Shown piece after piece: positions 37,032 to 48,560 of a stretch of DNA of 64,000 nucleotides. This DNA comes from Lama glama. Its lineage: Eukaryota. How positions within the stretch are numbered: the stretch's first letter is position 1; the number at the start of each line of letters is the position of its first letter. Location: the NCBI GenBank assembly GCA_028534125.1, contig CM052849.1:20274001-20338000 (forward strand), given 5' to 3'. Position numbers and translations under genes: made by a program. The notes under the pieces were generated by a model, which made no database searches, was not told the DNA's origin, and saw only the letters and a list, made by a program, of their open reading frames with translations.

Positions 37032-37769
37032 TTCAGGACTCTGACAAGTCTGGGCTGGCTGTGTCCTTGAAGGTCCCACGTTGCACGAGTCGCACTGTGT
37101 CCTCTTGGCTACTTTCGTGCTAAACACTTTTGTCCAGACACTGATGTCCTATGACCTCCTGTTGCATCACACCAGGGGACACACAGTGTCCCTTTGCCCC
37201 ATGGCCAGTGGTGCTGAGTTCGAGCGCTTGGTTAAGGCTGCATCTGCCGTGTAATCGTACCTTCCCGCTGTGAACTAACAGGTACCCTGCGGGGGACCCT
37301 GGGGCAGGGTGAACGTCATGTTGCCGGCAGCTCTCTCCTCACTCCTTCTCTGAAGACCACCCCTCTTCGTTTCAGTGTCACTGTGGACTTGGGCTTTGAT
37401 TTGCTGTGTGACAGTCCATTTGCACCACCACGTGCTGTTTGGTGGTGACACTGTCTCGCATTTGGCCGCACACCTGGGCTCAGCCGTGTCTCCTAGGAAT
37501 CCTGGCTCCTTTTAGTGAATGTTGAGAAATCTAGTTCTGGGCGTGGTGAATGTTTTTAAAAGTAAAATTCATGAAAGTGTTTAGCCAAATCGTATCACAG
37601 TGCACTCCAGCAGGGTGTCCCAGTTACTTTACGACAGCAGATAACAAGTGATTGGCTGTGGGGGGCTTGCCTTGAATTCCCACTGCTCAGCACGGCGCCG
37701 AGCACGTCGGTCAGTGCCTGAGTGAGTGAACGGGAACATGCTGCTGCTACACGGCTCTTACGTTATACA

Positions 37770-40700
37770 TGAAGGGGTGATAATTCACAGACTTTGACAA
37801 TTAAAGGATGCATATCGTAATTCCCTAGAGCAACCACTTAAAAAATAGCCAGAAAACCAGTAGGGAATGTTAAGGAGAACCTTGAAGTGCTTTATTAATG
37901 CAAAAGAAAGCAGAAAAGTGGGGAGAGGGAAAAGGAACAAATGGACAAGTAGAAAACATGAAGATCGTTACACCATCCATACAAATAAGTACACTAAATG
38001 TAAGTAGACTAAAACTCTAGTTAAAAGGCAGAGATTTTGGATTGCTTTATAAGGCAAAACCTAATACTAAGCTGCTTGCAAGGACACTTTAAATACACAC
38101 ATAGGTTAAAATCTAAAAGATAGAAAAAGATACACCATACAGCGCTAATAAGAAAGGTGATGTGGCTGTCTTAATAGGAAACCAGGTAACGTGTAGAAGT
38201 GGTGCAGAGGTAAGGACGGCCATTTCCTAATGATACAAGGGTCAGCTCTTCTTGGGCGTAATGTTTTACACGTGCGCACTGAGTGAAAGCGCTTCACGGT
38301 ACTTGAGACAAAAGCTGACAGGACCAAAGGGAGACAGCAGACCAGCACTGGTGACCCACTGAGACCGCCGCCTGTGGCGCAGTGTGCGCGTCCCTGCGGA
38401 GGGTGCCTGGGACGGGCCGGCCTCCAGGCTGGGTCAGGTCAGGCCCGTGTCCCGAGTGGGCCCGGGGCGCTCCGAGAGCTTCAGAGGGTGTGGGCTGGCT
38501 CCCTTACCACGTGGCTTTAGGGACAAAAGTCTACAAAGATGTCTGGAAAATGCCCAAATACTTGGAAGTTAACACACTTTAAATTGCCCATAGGTCAAAG
38601 AAGAACTCACAAGAGGAAGTAGAAAATACTCTGAAATGAAAGTGTAACATACTCAGATCTGTGGGCGCAGCTGTGCTCAGAAGGAAGTCGGTGGCTTCAG
38701 ATGTTTATAGAAAACAGAAAGGTCTGAACCCTGTGCTCTAGTCTTCCATCTTAAGAAGCTAGAAAAAAAGGCACATAGTAAGCCCAAAGCAAGTAGAAGC
38801 AAGGAAATAAGAAAAGGTCAGAAATCAGCAGAACAGAAAACAGACCAGAGAGGGAAGTAGTCAGGCCGAATGGTGGTTCTTTGAAAATGATCAAAAAGTG
38901 GTGAATCCTAGACCGATCAGGAGTGAAAGACCCTACAGACGTGGAAAGGACGGTAAGGGAGCAAACCTCATTCCAGGGAGTTTGACCACTTAGGGCACGG
39001 TGGAAATGGCTTGAAAGAAACAAACCACCAAGCTGACAGCAGCAGAAATAGGGAGTTTGCATAGCTCATGTCTGCTAAAACCGTTCCGCAGAGCCCTAGG
39101 CCCAGACGGCTTTTATCAGTAAAGTCCAACAAACATTCAAGGAAAGGGGGATCCAACTTTATAGACACTTCGAAGGAGACGGGAGAGGGAACCCGTCTCA
39201 GCTGACCTCCTGAGACCAGCCTGGAGCCGTGTGCGTGCGTGGTGTGTGTTTGCCATGGGCAAGGGAGTGTGAGCGTGTGTGCAGTGTGGCGTGTCTGCGC
39301 TGGGGGGACGTGGATGCGTGGCTCCCATACGTGTGTGTTCACAGACTAACGCCCTCAAGAGCATAAATGCAAAAGTCTGTAGCAAAATATTAGCTGGTTT
39401 CAGTCCAGCAGTTTCCTACAAGGGTGATACGTCCAGACCAAGTGGGGTCTGCCTCAGGAATGGAAGGTTCTTTACCATCAAACCAACCATTGCAATTCCC
39501 AGTATCCACAGAATAAATGAAGAAAGCGTGTGACATCTCAGCAGAAACGGAAAAGGTGCTTGACACGGTTCACCCCCCGCAAAGGAAATGTCCTCCCTCA
39601 GAGACAGGGCGTCTCTGAACGCCCCACGGCTAACGCCGCCCTTGCTGGTGGAAGACCGAGGGCTCCCCCGCCAGCTGGAAACAAGGCCAGGGCGTCTGCT
39701 CCGCGATGCAATGGGAGGAAAGGAAATAGAGGCAAAAGGTCGCAAAGGGAAAAAGGAAGTGGCCTTTCTGCGTAACTACGGAACATCCTAAGACTTCGGT
39801 AAAGTTTATTTCTATATACTGGCTCCGAACAGTTGAGCCGTGAAGTTGAAGACGATGCCATTCATAACAGCCTCAACGAAACAAACTACTTACGGGTGAA
39901 CGTGAGCAAATAAATGCAGGATCTCCCTACACTGAACACCGCAAAGCAGTTCAGAGAATGTGTTTAAGAAACTTCAGTAAATGGAGAGAAAGCCCACATT
40001 CTTGGCTTCTCGGGACAGAAGGCTCACATTGCTTACGTGGCCCTTCTCCACCGACTGACCTGCAGACCCCGTGCGGTCCCGGTCGGCGCTCCCTGGGCCT
40101 TTCCGCAGAAACCGGCAAACTGACTGGCAGTCAGAACAGCCTCGAGGACTCCGTTGCAGGACTTGTCCTGCCAACTGCAGGCTCCTGAGGAAGCTGGAGT
40201 GAACCGCGTGCCTGATACACCTGAAACAGGCACGGAGTCCAAACGATGAATGAGGAAGGGAAGTCTTCTCGGCAAAACTGGACTGAACAACTGGGTGTCA
40301 AAACGGAAAGGAAACAGTGCCGTGTACCCCGGATGCCGGGCGGGACTCACGATGGATCACGGGCCTGAACGTGGAGGCTGGAGCCGTCTGGTCTCTGAAG
40401 GAAACAAGGAGGGACGTTCATGACCTTGGAGGGGGCAGAGATTCCCAAGGGCATAGAAAACCCCGCCTTAAGAGAAAAACATAATAAATTTGACTTCGTT
40501 GACATTTAAAACTTCATTCAAAAGGCCCAGTTAAGGAAGTGCAGGCCCCAGACTGGGAGAAATCTCTGACAAAGGCCTGCGTCAGTTCCAGGCAGACAAC
40601 CCAGTTAGAAAGGGGGCAGGTGACTTGCAAGGAAAACACTGCGTAGAAGAGTATGTGCAGGTCGGCAGCGCGGCCAGCACGGGACCGGGTGCTCAGCACC

Positions 40701-41340
40701 GTCGGAGTCTCGGGGAAACGCAGGTTGAACGCCAGCGGGGCGCTGCTTCACACGGGAAGAAGGGCTGGAAGCAAGACTGGACCATACTCAGTGTGGACTG
40801 GCGAGTGAGCGGCTGCGATGCGGCGGGGGCGGGGACGGCGCCACGCGGGGAGCCGCCCAGTGTCTGGTGAAGTTAGACACACGCTGCCCCGTGGCCTGGC
40901 AGCGCCCGTCCCAGCTGTTCACACACCATCAGCACTTGACCACAAAAGCAGCTTGATTGCAGTCGCCAAAAACTGGAAACAACCCCAGTGTCTGTGGACA
41001 GGAGAGAGGCTGAACACAGGACAGCAGATCCACAGTGTGGTCCTCCCCACAGCGCAGAGACCGAGCCCCTCCCGGGGAACCACAGGGACACCACTGGGCA
41101 GAAGCTCCCGTTTACCCACAGGCTTCAGCTACGTGAGAGACATCACAGCAGCGGGCACCGTCGCGGTGCGGAAGGGGGAGCAGGCGACTGAAAGCAGCAG
41201 CGGGGGTCCTCCTGGGGCTCTCCCGACCGTGACGAGTCTGCGTCTCACTGCGTCTGCGACCTCGCCAGAGCCCAGCGGACAGCACGTGAGACCTTTGTGT
41301 TTTGCTGGATGTACAGCACGCCTCGGTTTTAAAAAACAAA
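37770..41340 (+). mobile_element. Long degenerate L1 (ORF2 region to 3'UTR), sense to SFSWAP
   Basis: Colinear L1 landmarks: 'aagaagctagaaaaa', 'ggttctttgaaaa', 'aggcccagacggcttt', 'gcaaaatattagc', 'gtaaatggagaga', 'aaatttgacttc', 'ccaaaaactggaaacaaccc'; no intact ORF. Confidence 0.82.
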
Positions 41341-43007
41341 AAAAAGGATCACTTAATTCCTTAAGCAAATGCTTAGAAGGTTTTGTCACGTGAGGTCAGG
41401 CTGTCGTGCTCGTGAACCTGGTTCACCGTTCGGGAGGGCTCGCCTGCCTTTTATGACGTCAGCCACGGCAGCTTGGCCAGACTGGGGGCTTAGATCATTC
41501 GGACGGACTTCACATGCTGCTAAATAGTGTATTTTTGGGAATGCTGCTTCCTGTGAAATCCCAGCCATGGGTTTACAGACACTAGAAGTCACCTGACCTC
41601 CGCAGTTTAGGAAGTAGGCCTGCTCTGTGAGTCTCCCCCTGCACCCAGCCCAGGCACAGCCTCTCCTGCCTGGCCCGCCCTGTCCTGGCTGTCCAGGGAC
41701 GCACTTCCCGGGGCCTTCTGGTCCTCGACGCAGAGCCAGGAGGCCACGCCCCGCCGGGGGTGGGACCAGCCTGCGCCCCTCCTTCCTTCGTCGAGGCCCT
41801 GGAGCTGAACCCGCACTCCGCAGATTGAGGGGCGGGGGCACCAAGGAAATGCCCTGGTGCGCGGCAGGGCAGGGTGACAGGTGAACTGGTCCAGGGGGTG
41901 AGGAGGCGCGTGGACAGGCCCTGGGTGCCTCCAGGTCAGGAGGGGCTGTGAGCCACCCCAGTCCTGAGGAGCCAAGAGGGGTCTGAGCTGAGCAGGCAGT
42001 GACCCCAGGGTTTCTGTACTAATGCCGCTGGTACTGGAGGACTTGAGGGTCTGTCCGCGAGGGTGCGGGCAGGTGGGGAACATGAAGCGGGCCTTCCAAG
42101 GTCCCGTTCCTGTCCCCTCACCCAGCAGCTCACGGCTGGGGATTTCCCTGGAGGGGGAAGGGAGGGGAGACAACAGAAACTGTCGGTGATGACATTTCCC
42201 TGCAAAGAGTAGCCCAGCTGACCTGCGCGGGGCTCCTAGAGGGTGGGTGACCAGGGCCTGTCCCAGGAGGAACAGGGCGGGGGGCTGGGCCGGCGCTCTC
42301 ACCGCCCACAAGTATCCTCTTGTCTTTCTCGCTGTGTTTAGTGGGTGGGAAGGGGGTCCCAGGGCAGGCTGTGGGGTGGAGTCAGACCTGCAGGAAGCGC
42401 AGGGGCTGCTGTCTGGGCAAGAGAGCAGAATGGGCTCGGTGAGTGCAGGCCGTGGGTCCCCGGGGGAGGAGGACCTGGGGGCGTTTCTGACGTGAGACCG
42501 GCAGGCCTTGGAGAGGGGAGGCCCTGAGCGAGGCACGGCTGTGGAGGGAGAAGGGCCCTAACCTGGCGGCCCGGGGCAGCGTGCCCAGCGCTCTGCCATC
42601 GGCCTGTCCCCTGCGCACCAGGAGGGCAGACACGCTGGGCTCTGTGCGTGCGGTGCTTTTAATAACTTCCCATTTCTTACTGGAAATTCCGGTTTACTCA
42701 GCGTAAATGAGCAAGCAGCACAAACAGCGCTTGGCTACTGGATTTTAAACGCAGATGAAGTGCTGACTGTTTTAAGCCCCACAGGCACCGGCCTCAGGAC
42801 TGCCAGGCGGGGAAGGTGGTCTGCGTTTCACTCCTGCACAGCTTTTATTTTGCTGCATCCATCAGTTTGTAGTTAAATAAGTCATGTATGGTTTTTAAAA
42901 GGAGTTAACGTGTAGAGAAAGGTGAATTGTCCAGCTGTCCCTTGGGAAGCCCCCGAAACGCGTTCAGAGCCGGCGTGTGCCTTTGTCTAAACCTGCGTTC
43001 CTTCCAG

Positions 43008-43163
43008 AAGCCCCCACGAGAAGAAGAAGAAGAGACGCTCGCGGTCCCGGACCAAGTCCAAGGCCGGGTCTCAGCCAGCCTCCCCCAGCAAGCAGGCCAC
43101 GCGCCGGCACTCAGCCAGCATCTCTCCCGTGGAGAGTCGGGGTTCCAGCCAGGAGCGCTCCAG
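43008..43163 (+). CDS. SFSWAP: SFSWAP exon (approx. 16), RS domain
   Basis: gttccttccag|A AGC CCC CAC...TCC AG|gtaaca; [18 protein letters not shown]...[15 protein letters not shown]. Confidence 0.95.
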
Positions 43164-44266
43164 GTAACACCCCCCCCAACGGCTGGGCCGCAGGGCGCTT
43201 CTCATGGGGTGCGGGACGGGGCGGGCTGCAGTCCCCCCACATCCTCCTCCAGGGTCCCCCAGGCTCTGAGTGAGCGGAAGGTGGGCACTGAGGACCCCAG
43301 AACCAGGGCCCAGCCCCGGCAGCACCCTTACAGAAGCGGCCTCCCCTGCCCCTGCCCCTGCCCGGGGCAGAGGGAGCCCGGGAGCAGGTGTGGGGCAGGC
43401 CCCTCCTGCGAGCAGGCTTCCTGTTGTCCAGGCAGCTGGGAAACCATGCAGCGGAGACAGCAGCCATTCCCCCAGCCGGCATTTCTCATCACCCTGATGA
43501 TGGCTGCGGCGTCCTCACTGGGCCACGGAGCCCAGTGTGGTCAGAGCCGGGCGCAGGCCCCGGGGTCCAGGTCATGGGGACGTAGAACCGCCTGTCCACC
43601 CATCCCTCACTGAGCCAGAGCAGGCGGGGGCCAAGCCGTCCCTTCTGACGTGCAGGCTGCAGGAATGTCGGATCCCGCGCTGACTGTCACAGGGTCACCC
43701 TGGTCAGCCGCGTAGACACAGGCGTCCCCTGGCCGGCACAAGTGGCTCCCCCTGACCGGCCACCCGTGGTTGTCGGGAGGCGTTCGCCAGACAGCCCTGT
43801 TCACGAAGCCGGGGCCCCACCCAGAGCCAGGGCGGGGTCGGCGTCCTCGGGGACCCGTTCTCCCATCCCTGCTTGTAGACCTGTCGCTTCCTAAGTGTGG
43901 ATCCCAGGCACCCCCCAAAACCAGAACTTGCAGCGGATCAGAATCTACGCTGTAGCGTCTTTATAGGCAGGACGTGCGTGATCGCAGGCCCGGCCCACGG
44001 TTGTGTCACCTCCCCACCGGGGGTCCGGGCGGCGGCCCCTGGCGCCTCCTGCTTCTGTCCTTTCCTCCATATTTTTGTCAGTTTGTTTCTTATGTAATGT
44101 TCATATGAAAATATTTTTGAGTTAGGTTGCATTTTATGAAATATTTCAAATGTATGTTACATAAAATATAAAAGTAAAATACATGTATATGATGTTGATT
44201 TTTTAAGATACTGGAAACAAAATCAAGTGGCTTTTTAGGCCTCTGACCTCTCTCTACTTGCATTAG

Positions 44267-44339
44267 GGGAGTTTCTCAGGAAAAAGACGGTCAGATCTCC
44301 TCGGCAATCGTCTCTTCCGTACAGAGCAAAATCACTCAG
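44267..44339 (+). CDS. SFSWAP: SFSWAP penultimate exon
   Basis: ctacttgcattag|G GGA GTT...ACT CAG|gtgagg; GVSQEKDGQISSAIVSSVQSKITQ. Confidence 0.95.
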
Positions 44340-44699
44340 GTGAGGCGGGGTGGTCTCTCGTCCCCCTGTGTCTGTGTGAGGGGCTGGTTCTCACGGTCTG
44401 TCTCCTAGTCTCAGGGGGACTGACGGGGTCCTGGGCTGGTCGCCCAGAGGCGGGTGGTGTCGCCATTGTCCCTGACCCTCCCTTCCCGGGGCAGCTGTGT
44501 GGCCTGTGAGCCAGCCTCAGGACCCAGCGGTGGGGGGACAGCGCCCTGCCCCTGGATGTGGTCACAGCCACCGGCACGTCTCCCCAAGCCTCCTCAGGGT
44601 CCTTACCCACTAACACTTTCATAAACGGCTTCACCGTGTGGACCGTCCTTCCCGAGTCCTGACAGAGCCCACAGACGTCCCCCGTCTCTCCCTGCACAG

Positions 44700-44765
44700 G
44701 ACCTCATGGCCAAAGTAAGAGCGATGCTCGCGGCTTCCAAAAACATGCAGACCAGTGCCTCCTGA
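44700..44765 (+). CDS. SFSWAP: SFSWAP last exon, coding part
   Basis: ctctccctgcacag|GAC CTC ATG...TCC TGA; DLMAKVRAMLAASKNMQTSAS*. Confidence 0.96.
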   Translation, partial: DLMAKVRAMLAASKNMQTSAS

Positions 44766-45013
44766 GACGCCCGGGCCCTGGCAGGGGGCAGCCGTGGCAC
44801 AGAGCCCGGGGCTCCCGCGTCGGGGAGCCCAGAGCCGGCAGAGCCGAGGTGCCCGCTCCCGCAGGCCCGTGCGCGCCCTCCCGGGGCCCCTGGACAGCTG
44901 GCGGGTTCTGTAAATTAACTTTTGATGACATTTTCAGTTTAAGATTTTTGACCAGCAGTCTCTTACCTGTATATTTGTAAATAATATCATGTTTCTGTGA
45001 AAATGTATTATCA

Positions 45014-45019
45014 AATAAA
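45014..45019 (+). terminator. SFSWAP: SFSWAP polyadenylation signal (3'UTR approx. 44766-45045)
   Basis: AATAAA about 250 nt after the stop, with upstream UGUA elements and a downstream GU/U-rich stretch. Confidence 0.85.
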
Positions 45020-45123
45020 ATGGAAGGAAAACACCTTTTCTAGCCAGTAGCTGTGGCCGTTTCTTCCTTGTTTGGCCTGTGAGTTTTACTGCTTGTCCCC
45101 TGTCCTTGGCCCCAGTGCTTGTC

Positions 45124-45623
45124 NNNNNNNNNNNNNNNNNNNNNNNNNNNNNNNNNNNNNNNNNNNNNNNNNNNNNNNNNNNNNNNNNNNNNNNNNNNNN
45201 NNNNNNNNNNNNNNNNNNNNNNNNNNNNNNNNNNNNNNNNNNNNNNNNNNNNNNNNNNNNNNNNNNNNNNNNNNNNNNNNNNNNNNNNNNNNNNNNNNNN
45301 NNNNNNNNNNNNNNNNNNNNNNNNNNNNNNNNNNNNNNNNNNNNNNNNNNNNNNNNNNNNNNNNNNNNNNNNNNNNNNNNNNNNNNNNNNNNNNNNNNNN
45401 NNNNNNNNNNNNNNNNNNNNNNNNNNNNNNNNNNNNNNNNNNNNNNNNNNNNNNNNNNNNNNNNNNNNNNNNNNNNNNNNNNNNNNNNNNNNNNNNNNNN
45501 NNNNNNNNNNNNNNNNNNNNNNNNNNNNNNNNNNNNNNNNNNNNNNNNNNNNNNNNNNNNNNNNNNNNNNNNNNNNNNNNNNNNNNNNNNNNNNNNNNNN
45601 NNNNNNNNNNNNNNNNNNNNNNN
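45124..45623. other. Assembly gap (exactly 500 N, probably a placeholder)
   Basis: N run of round length. Confidence 1.
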
Positions 45624-45629
45624 GGCAGA

Positions 45630-45810
45630 CACCAAGAATGCTGGGCCATAGAAAATGTACTTTTTAAATTTTAATAGCTGCTCCCTGATGGCCTTCCAGC
45701 AAGGCTGTACCAGCTGGCGGTCCCTCCAGCAGCACCAAAGCCCCCACTTCCCTCCTCAGCGCGTGATGATATACGACTTTCTCAACATTGCCCATCTGAT
45801 GGGTGAAAAG
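45630..45810 (-). mobile_element. Old L1 fragment
   Basis: 'gaatgctgggccatag...aaggctgtaccag...ccagcagc...ttgcccatctgatgggtgaaaagtgg'. Confidence 0.55.
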
Positions 45811-46249
45811 TGGCTTTTCCTCGGTGCTTGGATTCTGGCCACGTTCAAATGCCAGAACTCAGTGGCAGGCTTGAAGAGAAAACAGCTTCATGGTATCACA
45901 TAGCCCCCGCCATGAAGTGACGCGTCCCCGGATGTCTAGCCAACCATGGTTCCCGCACCGTTCACCAGCCACCATCTGGACCTATCTGGGGAGAACCAGG
46001 TCTGTCTGGAGGCCCTTCTTATGTTTGTGACCCTAAGACACTGTCTCTTCACCACCTTCCATGTTAATGCCTCCTACAGCCCCTCAGCCAGCACTCCCCC
46101 TCCAAGTCCTCAAATGCAGGAAGAGCTCTGTTACACGATGGGGTCGACAGCTCCAGCATCTCTTCTGAGCCCCTTGATCCAGCCCTGCCTGCCATCCACA
46201 CGCCTTTACTCTGACGTCAGCATCTCCAGCTTCCTTCAGAAAACCCTTC

Positions 46250-46635
46250 CCACCATCAGCGCAGGCAGTTCAGCTCATGTCCATCCCCTGGCCACACGGT
46301 TGGTTCAGGGATGGACACACGATTCACAGCATCCAATGAGACAGCCCTGGGACTGTGGCTTGAGAAACTGGCTACTGGGTTTCCTAAGCTGGAAGAGTGT
46401 GGGGCAAAGCTGCGCGCCCTGTGTTTGCTGCCATTTCGAGAAATCTTGCCCGAGGATGAAGCCAACACAGAGATGGAGAGAGAGACCGTATTCCAATCAC
46501 GTTCTTGTGCAACTTGATCCAGCCTTGCCTGACGTCAGTGTGCTCTAAGATGCCCCAGTTTAACGAGCCCATAAATTTCCTTTCCTTGTCTAGAGCCAGT
46601 CTGAGCTAGGTTTCTGCCACTGGCACTTGAGCAAA
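46250..46635 (+). mobile_element. MaLR LTR (MLT1J/K-like)
   Basis: 'ggttggttcagggatggacac...ccaatgaga...gaggatgaagccaacaca...gatccagccttgcctga...ataaatttccttt...gccagtctgagctaggtttctg'. Confidence 0.7.
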
Positions 46636-47029
46636 GTTGGGGGATGTGTCCGTGAAGGGTCACCGTATGCAGGGTGCCTCACTGCCCACAGTCTCCACAC
46701 GCCAGTATAATGGTCTTCTGAGCAGACGCAGAATCTCCATGCTCAGAAGGGGCCACTGAGGCTCTGAGACAAACAGGAATAGGAGGAGCAAGACCCCAGC
46801 TGGCGGAGGACAGTGGGGAGGGGGCTCTGCCTGGAACCCAGTCCTCATCTGGGTAGAAGGGACCCCTGTCTTGGCAGCACCAGCTATGATTGGGGGAGGG
46901 GGTGAAGTGATGGGGGAGGGGAGCAGTTGTAGCCCAGTAGGGTGAGGGGTATTTGCATTTGAATCTCAGCCCCGCCCACCACCACTCCCACCTCCACCCT
47001 CCACCCCTGTGCCCTGTCCAATATCCTTT

Positions 47030-47170
47030 GGCTCTGTGACCTTCCAAGTCCCTCTGGGCCTCACTTTCCTCATTTGAAAAATGGGAATGATAGTTTCTGT
47101 CTCAAAAGATGTGAGAAGTGAATGAGATTAAATACAGTAGGCGCTGAGCACGTGCCGGGCACACACTAAC
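47030..47170 (+). mobile_element. MIR SINE
   Basis: Core 'ctctgggcctcactttcctcatttgaaaaatgggaatgatag...aatgagattaa...gcgctgagcacgtgcc'. Confidence 0.8.
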
Positions 47171-47459
47171 CTCCCAAGAGGCGTCAACATTCCCCTCCCC
47201 AACTCCACAGTGACCACAGACCCCGGCCCTCGCTGACTCCCAACTGCGCCCAGACCCCACCAGGGTCAGTGCCGCCCCCGCGCCCCGCGCCCCCCTTATT
47301 CTCTCGCCCCACCCCCACCCACCCGCCCTGGCCCGGCTCCTCCCACTGCCCCACCCCCAGCCCCTCCCTGCCCTCACCCCACCCCCGACCCCTCCCACGC
47401 TCCCACCTCACCCTCCACCCGGCCCCCACCTCTCACTCCCATTCAGCCCCCACCTCCTT

Positions 47460-48560
47460 TCTATCGCGGTGCTAGGGCTCCACCAAGCGTCCGCCCGGCC
47501 CGCTGAGGAAGCCGCTCAGGGTCCCCAGCGGTGACCGCGAATCCCGGCTCGGCCGGGGTCCGCGTGCGCGCGGGCGGGCGGGAGGGGGGTTCGTTCCCCG
47601 GGGGACGGCCGGGACCCCCGGACTGTGCGCCGGCCTGCACGCCTCTACCGTCCCGGGGCCGTCTGGGGACACTCGGGAAGCGTCTTTCTTCGAGCCGCCG
47701 CAGCCCAGGTCCCCTTGTGGACGCGCGAGGCGGAGCGCGGGTGGGGTCTGAGTATCCTCCCGGGGGCGCGGGACTCGGGCCGGAGCGGGGCGCGGGCCCT
47801 TTAAGGCGGGGGCGGAGCGAGCGCAGGCGGCCGTCGTTAGCATATATTAGCATGCCCCGCCCCGGCGCTGGGAGGCGGCGCGGGGCTCAGTCGGGCCGGG
47901 AGCGGGAGCGGGCGCGGGGCGCACGGGCGCGGGGACTGCCACCGCCGCGCCGCCCGCCCTAGGAACGCGATGCGGCGCCGCGCCGCTCGGGGGCCCGGCC
48001 CGCCGCCCCCCTGGGCCTGGGTCCCGCCGCTGCCGCTGCCGCTGCTGCTGCTCGCGCTGGCCGCCCGTGGGGGCCGCGCGGCGCCCGCGCCCCGGGCCGA
48101 GGACCTCAGCCTGGGAGTGGTGAGTGCGCGGCCGGGATGCGAGGCTTCCGCGGGCCGGGGAGACCCCATCAGGGCGCTTCGGCGCCTGCGGGAACCCGGA
48201 CGCCCTGGACCCATTTCCTGGGCAGGAAAGCTGAGGCTGGGGTGCAGGCTGTATCTGACGCGCGCGCACCAGAGTCTGGGAAAGAGGCGCCGGGTCCCTT
48301 CCCGGCTCCGTGTGCTGAGAGCCCGCCGCAGCCGCAGGAGCCCGCGGAGGTTGGGGGTTCACCTGGCCGGAGCCCCGGCTCCGGCTTGGAGCAGCCCCAA
48401 AACGGACCCCGAGGCGGACGGGACGGCGGTCGTAGCCGCCCAGAACAGTGCTTCCCGCGTGCGTTCCCAGTGGGAGTGGCGAGGGACGGGAGAGGGTGCG
48501 CACCCACAACCGAGGAAAGGCCGGGGCTGCGGAGTGTGGGCGCCCCGTAAGCGGTGGTTT
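47460..48560. promoter_or_regulatory. MMP17: MMP17 CpG-island promoter
   Basis: Dense CpG spanning exon 1; GC box/EGR-like GCGGGGGCGG at 47806-47815; boundaries approximate. Confidence 0.9.
47970..48119 (+). CDS. MMP17: MMP17 exon 1 (signal peptide)
   Basis: ATG CGG CGC...GGA GTG|gtgagt; MRRRAARGPGPPP...LPLLLLALAARGG...AEDLSLGV. Confidence 0.94.

Noticed and set aside
44934-45674. ORFs of X residues (also 4181-4529)
   Set aside because: Artefacts of translating through N gaps.
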